DNA from: a virus
Lineage: Duplodnaviria > Caudoviricetes
IMG/VR virus record: IMGVR_UViG_3300036801_000054
Coordinates: 1 to 51,358 of that record
DNA length: 51,358 nucleotides
Reading direction: 5' to 3' (one strand)
This document shows positions 47,394 to 51,358 of this stretch, one piece after another. Position numbers and translations under genes: made by a program. Numbering within the stretch: position 1 is the stretch's first letter; the number at the start of each line of letters is the position of its first letter. The notes under the pieces were generated by a model. That model saw only the letters and a program-made list of their open reading frames with translations. It made no database searches and was not told the DNA's origin.

Positions 47394-47633
47394 TCACTCC
47401 TCCTTGATCGACTCGCGCGGGGCCCAGTTGATCGTTTGCGAAGTTGCATCGTTCATGGTGCGCGATGGTCGGCGAAATCGTTTGCGGACGCCAGGCAGCA
47501 ATCCAAACCAGCCGAACACGAATACAGTCACGCCAGAAAAGATCAGCGCGAATACCATCGCCAGACCGGCAGTGAGCCAGAAGTCACCCACGTCCGCCCC
47601 CTTCGGCTTCGCGGGCGAGGGCGAGGGCGGCAT
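47394..47633 (-). CDS. Small membrane protein
   Basis: TM segment; the true start is probably near 47591. Confidence 0.45.
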   Translation of the reverse strand: MPPSPSPAKPKGADVGDFWLTAGLAMVFALIFSGVTVFVFGWFGLLPGVRKRFRRPSRTMNDATSQTINWAPRESIKEE

Positions 47634-48189
47634 CGGTTGCGGCGTCTAGTCTGTCCCCAGACCAAACCGGTCGCGCTGGTCCGTTGCCATCAAAATAATC
47701 TATTGCAAATTGTTCTGAGTCCCGCAGCATCCGATACCTCGCCGCGTCCCTCTCTGCCGCCTCGGCGCGCTTCTCGGTTGCGAATCTATGTTCAGCCTGA
47801 TACTTCTCGCTCTCACACGTAAACTTGTGCTGGCCTACAAGCCATTCGATGCGCTCGTCTTGCTCCGCGATGCGCCGCGACTGGGCGTCACGCTCACGGG
47901 CGAGGCGGGCGAGGCGGGCGAGGCGTTCGATGATGTCAGCCGACACATGATCTTGTTGTGCAACCGGCCAACGCGTGCGCAGCAACAGGATGCGTCGCGC
48001 TACTTCCTCATCCCCAACCGGCGCGCGAAGGGCCGCGAGTTCCTTGGTCTGGGCGTCGTAGGCGGCGAGCAGGGCTAATAACTCACGTCCGAAATCCTGT
48101 CCCTGATCGCTGGCGTACTTCGCGTGCCGCTTGATTCCATCAAGACTATCCTGCGTCAGCGCCGCGCTCTGCGGGGATAGGTTAGTCAT
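47584..48189 (-). CDS. Ead/Ea22-like coiled-coil protein
   Basis: LALLAAYD..AEAAERDAARYRMLRD..LDAATDAA. Confidence 0.55.
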   Translation of the reverse strand: MTNLSPQSAALTQDSLDGIKRHAKYASDQGQDFGRELLALLAAYDAQTKELAALRAPVGDEEVARRILLLRTRWPVAQQDHVSADIIERLARLARLARERDAQSRRIAEQDERIEWLVGQHKFTCESEKYQAEHRFATEKRAEAAERDAARYRMLRDSEQFAIDYFDGNGPARPVWSGDRLDAATDAALALAREAEGGGRG

Positions 48190-48406
48190 GGTGCGTTCCA
48201 CAAGTCGGGCAAAGTTTGTGATCGCCTAGCGCTGGCGCACATTCGCGGAATGACTTTATCTCGCGCAGCGTCGCGGCGGCGGCGTTGAGCGCATAAAAGT
48301 GTCGATCAACATGTTGGTCGCGCACTCCGCTGTCGCGCAGTTTTGCGATGCGCGTGGCTTCCGCTTCGACGGATTCGACCATCTGCTCAATCGTCGGCTC
48401 AGTCAT
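48182..48406 (-). CDS. Hypothetical protein
   Basis: TIEQMVESVEAE..AAAATLR; coupled. Confidence 0.55.
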   Translation of the reverse strand: MTEPTIEQMVESVEAEATRIAKLRDSGVRDQHVDRHFYALNAAAATLREIKSFRECAPALGDHKLCPTCGTHHD

Positions 48407-48761
48407 GGGGCGATCCTTTCGCGGCGTCGGCCAGCACATAAAGTTGCAGTTCGGAGTAGGTCGATTCCAAATCATAAATTAGAGCAGATACCCCTTGCTC
48501 GATTTCGTCTGCCAAAGCCAGCAATGGACGATTCGCCTCCTGTGCCGGAATGCCACGCGATTCAGGGTCAACAAATTGTCGCAACTTATTGGCTAGCGCA
48601 GTCGCCCCTTCATGTGGCACCCGCTCCCGGCGCAGTTGCGCGATGGCGTCGGCGGCTTGCTCGCGCAGCGGATCGACTCCATTGGTCGGGTCATAGTCGC
48701 GCAGCGCACGCTCAATCTCGTCCAACTCCTTGTCGCTGATCGCCGCGCCGCGTTCGCTCAT
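48399..48761 (-). CDS. Hypothetical protein
   Basis: ISDKELDEIE..EQAADAIAQLR; coupled. Confidence 0.55.
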   Translation of the reverse strand: MSERGAAISDKELDEIERALRDYDPTNGVDPLREQAADAIAQLRRERVPHEGATALANKLRQFVDPESRGIPAQEANRPLLALADEIEQGVSALIYDLESTYSELQLYVLADAAKGSPHD

Positions 48762-48955
48762 GTCCTCTGTCCCCACGCCTTCCAAGCATCTAGTTTGCTT
48801 CGTGTCTCTAGCGGCCCATCCGATGTTAGCAATTGCACCGGCCCACGCGCTCCACAGACCGCGCACTCGACGAAAGTGCATCCGGTTATATCGTTCAGCC
48901 TAGCGCTTAATTCGCGACCACTACTATCGCAGAACGGACAGCGTGCCCTAGCCAT
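48758..48955 (-). CDS. Lar-family restriction alleviation protein
   Basis: CPFC..FVECAVCGARGP..AWKAWGQR. Confidence 0.7.
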   Translation of the reverse strand: MARARCPFCDSSGRELSARLNDITGCTFVECAVCGARGPVQLLTSDGPLETRSKLDAWKAWGQRT

Positions 48956-49199
48956 CGCTACCCTCCCGCCTCGATGATGTCCGGCCCATCGGGCGCGCGC
49001 TGGCGGGCGATCATGCGATTAACTCCAAACATTTTCGCTCGGCGTTCCATTCGCAATAAGCCTTGGGACCATCAACGTCATTAAGACGCCGCATGAGCCA
49101 TGCGATGTCAGGCCATGTGAGCTTTGGCAGCTCGGCCATAATTATCTTAAGCGCGTTGAATCGATCCTCATTGCTCATGCTTCATCTCCCGAACGTGGG

Positions 49200-49342
49200 C
49201 GGGGCTGGCCGGGCGCAATCCGGCTCATGATTCTGGCTGACCGTGGCACGTCAGTTGGCCCATAGGACGACTGCTCTGCCGCCCGCATGTCTGCGCACCG
49301 CTAGGCGCGCTGTCGTGTATCTCGACTCCATGCCGCAGCCCC
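49200..49342 (-). ncRNA. tRNA-like structured RNA (non-canonical)
   Basis: 7-bp GGGGCTG/CAGCCCC terminal stem abutting a 5-bp/7-nt GCCGG-ATTGCGC-CCGGC hairpin; D-arm-like CATG..CACG; extra internal hairpins; intergenic. Confidence 0.55.
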
Positions 49343-49349
49343 ATTGCTG

Positions 49350-49646
49350 TCAGTGCTTCTTGCCGCCGTGCTTGGAGGCTTCCCACGCCTTCCATGCGCT
49401 GACAGACGCGGCGAGGTCAGCCGGCGGACTGTAGCCCGCTGGCGGCGCAGTATTGCCCTGCACGAACGCGGCCTGAATCGTCCCCGGGCTCACCGTCGGG
49501 CAGATCACGTTGCAATTCGTTGTGGCGCCAGTCTGCTGCAAAACGTACTGGCATCCGGCCTCGTCGATGCTGGCGACAGTCGGCCCCGGGAATCCTTTGT
49601 GCGACTGCGTGTTCGCTTCGTGTGAAGGCTGATCGTGCTTGCTCAT
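49350..49646 (-). CDS. Hypothetical protein
   Basis: GGAG RBS before MSKHDQ. Confidence 0.55.
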   Translation of the reverse strand: MSKHDQPSHEANTQSHKGFPGPTVASIDEAGCQYVLQQTGATTNCNVICPTVSPGTIQAAFVQGNTAPPAGYSPPADLAASVSAWKAWEASKHGGKKH

Positions 49647-49672
49647 GTGGTGCTCCAATGTTTGTGGTGCGG

Positions 49673-50398
49673 TTAGACTGCGAACTCCGTTTGTTGCGGC
49701 ATGCGTTCGATCCATGACGCGAAGCGTTCGGCCTCGCGCCAGCAATTCCCATCGCGGCCATTCATCCGAGCTGCGTAGCTCCATGCCATGCTGTCGGCGG
49801 AATGGAGAAAATCTACGATTGTGGCTATTTGCAGCGAGGTTTTCTTGAGCCCGAAACCATGTAGGCGCAAGTCTGGCCGCTCGGCTTTGATCGCTTGCAA
49901 TACCGCAACAATCGCGCTCGGGTTGCCATTGCGCTTGCAGATCGAGCCGACGCCAACCCACATGCCGGGCTCTAGGCGCGCGCCGTACTGGCGAACGTGC
50001 GAAACGTACTCATCCGGCGCATAGCCTTGCAGAACCGGTAGCACATAGACTCCGACATTCTCCGCGATCAAGTCGTCGTACCGTTCAATCGTCAACCGCT
50101 GATGCTCTATGACCGTCAGCCCGGTCTTGGCGAGCATGTGCGGCTCGCACATATAGTCCTGCGCCACCGCAGCCAGCAGCCCTGGCGAGCGGGACCACCG
50201 GCGGATCTCTGCCGCGTACTCGCTGATCGGCGACGGATAGCCGCCGAACTTGGCGATAGTCGTGAACGCACCGGAGTCCATGATCCACTTGCCCTTGGCG
50301 CTGATGTCGGACCTTCGCGTACGCAAGCGATTGACGCTGATGAACGCGCGGCTGATCTGCTTGGCGTCGCTAGGCTGGTGCAGGCCGCAAAAAAACAT
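49673..50398 (-). CDS. dpdA: DpdA-like (TGT-fold) 7-deazaguanine DNA transglycosylase
   Basis: FFCGLHQP, WIMDSGAFT, QDYMCEP, PVLQGY, VGVGSICKR, LHGFGLK, SADSMAWS; TGATG coupling. Confidence 0.78.
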   Translation of the reverse strand: MFFCGLHQPSDAKQISRAFISVNRLRTRRSDISAKGKWIMDSGAFTTIAKFGGYPSPISEYAAEIRRWSRSPGLLAAVAQDYMCEPHMLAKTGLTVIEHQRLTIERYDDLIAENVGVYVLPVLQGYAPDEYVSHVRQYGARLEPGMWVGVGSICKRNGNPSAIVAVLQAIKAERPDLRLHGFGLKKTSLQIATIVDFLHSADSMAWSYAARMNGRDGNCWREAERFASWIERMPQQTEFAV

Positions 50399-50511
50399 CA
50401 CCGGGTTCGCTGCGCCTGCTGGTGGGCAACGACATAGGCGGCAATGCCGACATTTGCCGCAACGATCGCAAGCGCGACAGCCCACATGATCCAACCGAGC
50501 CTGCTCATCAT
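50398..50511 (-). CDS. 37-aa single-TM peptide (not in ORF track)
   Basis: MMSRLGWIMWAVALAIVAANVGIAAYVVAHQQAQRTR; AAGGA RBS; its stop overlaps the dpdA ATG. Confidence 0.55.
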   Translation of the reverse strand: MMSRLGWIMWAVALAIVAANVGIAAYVVAHQQAQRTR

Positions 50512-50553
50512 GCTTCCTTCTCGTTCATTGCCGGGCGTGCGGACCGGCGCGCG

Positions 50554-51358
50554 TTATAGCCGGCCGATCGGCTGGTATAGGTCACCAATCTTCGATATGT
50601 CTCCCTTGTACGCGACGATGATCTTCTGCTCGCGCTTCGGGAACTTGCGCCGGTGCAGCGTTTTCTTCGCATGCGCTAGGCGCGTGAATTCTGATTCGAG
50701 ATATACGATCTTGTTGTAGACCGATAGCCCGTTATCCTTAAAGAAGAGTTCCGTCTCTGCTTCGGAGCAGTAGTAGGCGCCGCGTTTGTCGCGGCTGTCA
50801 CCGGTCATGACCACGAAAAAGCAATTGTCGTTTAGGTGCTCGATGGCCTTTTTGTAACCGATGAACAGCACATCGCGAAACTTCTCGTAGGTGTCCAGAG
50901 AGTTGATTTCCCCTGGCGGGGCCGTGCCGTCGTAGTCGACATACCGTTCCACTTTGTAGTACGGCGGGCAGGTGAATATCAGGTCGAACATGCCGTCAGG
51001 CGCATAGGTGGAGCTGTCCGCGTTCACCCATTTGACCGCGCCGAACTCGCCGCAAATCTTATTGTTCGCATCGCACTGATTCTTCCGTATCTCGCTGGCG
51101 ACGTACTCATACCCGCACGCGCCCGAGATGTAGCCAAATTGGACGCCACCACCGAACGGGTTATAGACCCGCCGTCCAGTCTTCGGCATGAAGAACCGCG
51201 CGATAACCTCGCACGCGACCGGGTCTAGGACGGAAGCATTGCCATTGTGCGCCCGGCCCTCCTCCTTGCCTTTCTTCGTCGGGTCTTTGGTCACGACGTT
51301 TGCCATGCCTTGCTCGCCCTGCCAGCAACCTTCGCGCGTCGCGAAGGCGGGATTCGCG
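50554..51358 (-). CDS. 3' part of the same fusion: phage-type N6-adenine/N4-cytosine DNA methyltransferase domain
   Basis: SVLDPVACE, motif I-like YNPFGGG, SEIR, catalytic FDLIFTCPPYY; resembles phage CPPY/SPPY methyltransferases. Confidence 0.85.
   Translation of the reverse strand, partial: ANPAFATREGCWQGEQGMANVVTKDPTKKGKEEGRAHNGNASVLDPVACEVIARFFMPKTGRRVYNPFGGGVQFGYISGACGYEYVASEIRKNQCDANNKICGEFGAVKWVNADSSTYAPDGMFDLIFTCPPYYKVERYVDYDGTAPPGEINSLDTYEKFRDVLFIGYKKAIEHLNDNCFFVVMTGDSRDKRGAYYCSEAETELFFKDNGLSVYNKIVYLESEFTRLAHAKKTLHRRKFPKREQKIIVAYKGDISKIGDLYQPIGRL
51232..51358. repeat. Exact 127-bp terminal overlap (copy 2)
   Basis: Identical to 1-127. Confidence 0.95.

Noticed and set aside
47897-47925. 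9-bp tandem repeat in three copies (RLA RLA RLA)
   Set aside because: In-frame slippage in a coiled-coil ORF, with no sign of function
49200-49342. Canonical tRNA or tmRNA
   Set aside because: No TTC T-loop, no 7-nt anticodon loop, no G3:U70 pair and too short for a tag ORF; kept only as tRNA-like
50398-50494. Cys-rich N-terminal extension of DpdA given in the ORF track
   Set aside because: It overlaps a better-supported 37-aa ORF with an RBS; the family-like start MFFCGLHQP at 50398 has TGATG coupling

Overview
The window is a complete, circularly assembled tailed-phage genome. The unit length is about 51,231 bp, because bases 1-127 are repeated exactly at 51232-51358, most likely as assembly overlap. 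It is GC-rich and lambdoid-like, probably with siphovirus morphology; a Proteobacterial host is an inference. Layout: a leftward early arm (7.2 kb down to 1, continuing from 51.2 to 46.9 kb) with a YqaJ/RecT-like recombination pair, many small ORFs and a DNA-modification locus. A compact divergent control region carries only a Cro-like gene; I found no CI and no integrase. The rightward arm holds VRR-NUC, a replication initiator, a candidate cos, Nu1/gpA-type terminase, a lambda-type portal, a protease-capsid fusion, tail genes with a -1 frameshift, and a lysis cassette. The most striking element is hidden by the contig break and absent from the ORF track. It is one 756-aa minus-strand ORF (1593->1, joined to 51231->50554) that fuses a radical-SAM-like domain, a GNAT-like domain and a CPPY amino-methyltransferase. 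It lies just upstream of a DpdA/TGT-like deazaguanine-insertion gene, making a candidate new DNA hypermodification system. Also notable: a methyltransferase-GT9 glycosyltransferase plus a TylF O-methyltransferase embedded in the virion operon, a 142-nt tRNA-like RNA, an adhesin/LamG block between portal and capsid, and a papain-like protease inside the lysis cassette. All calls come from manual reading of motifs; no searches were run.
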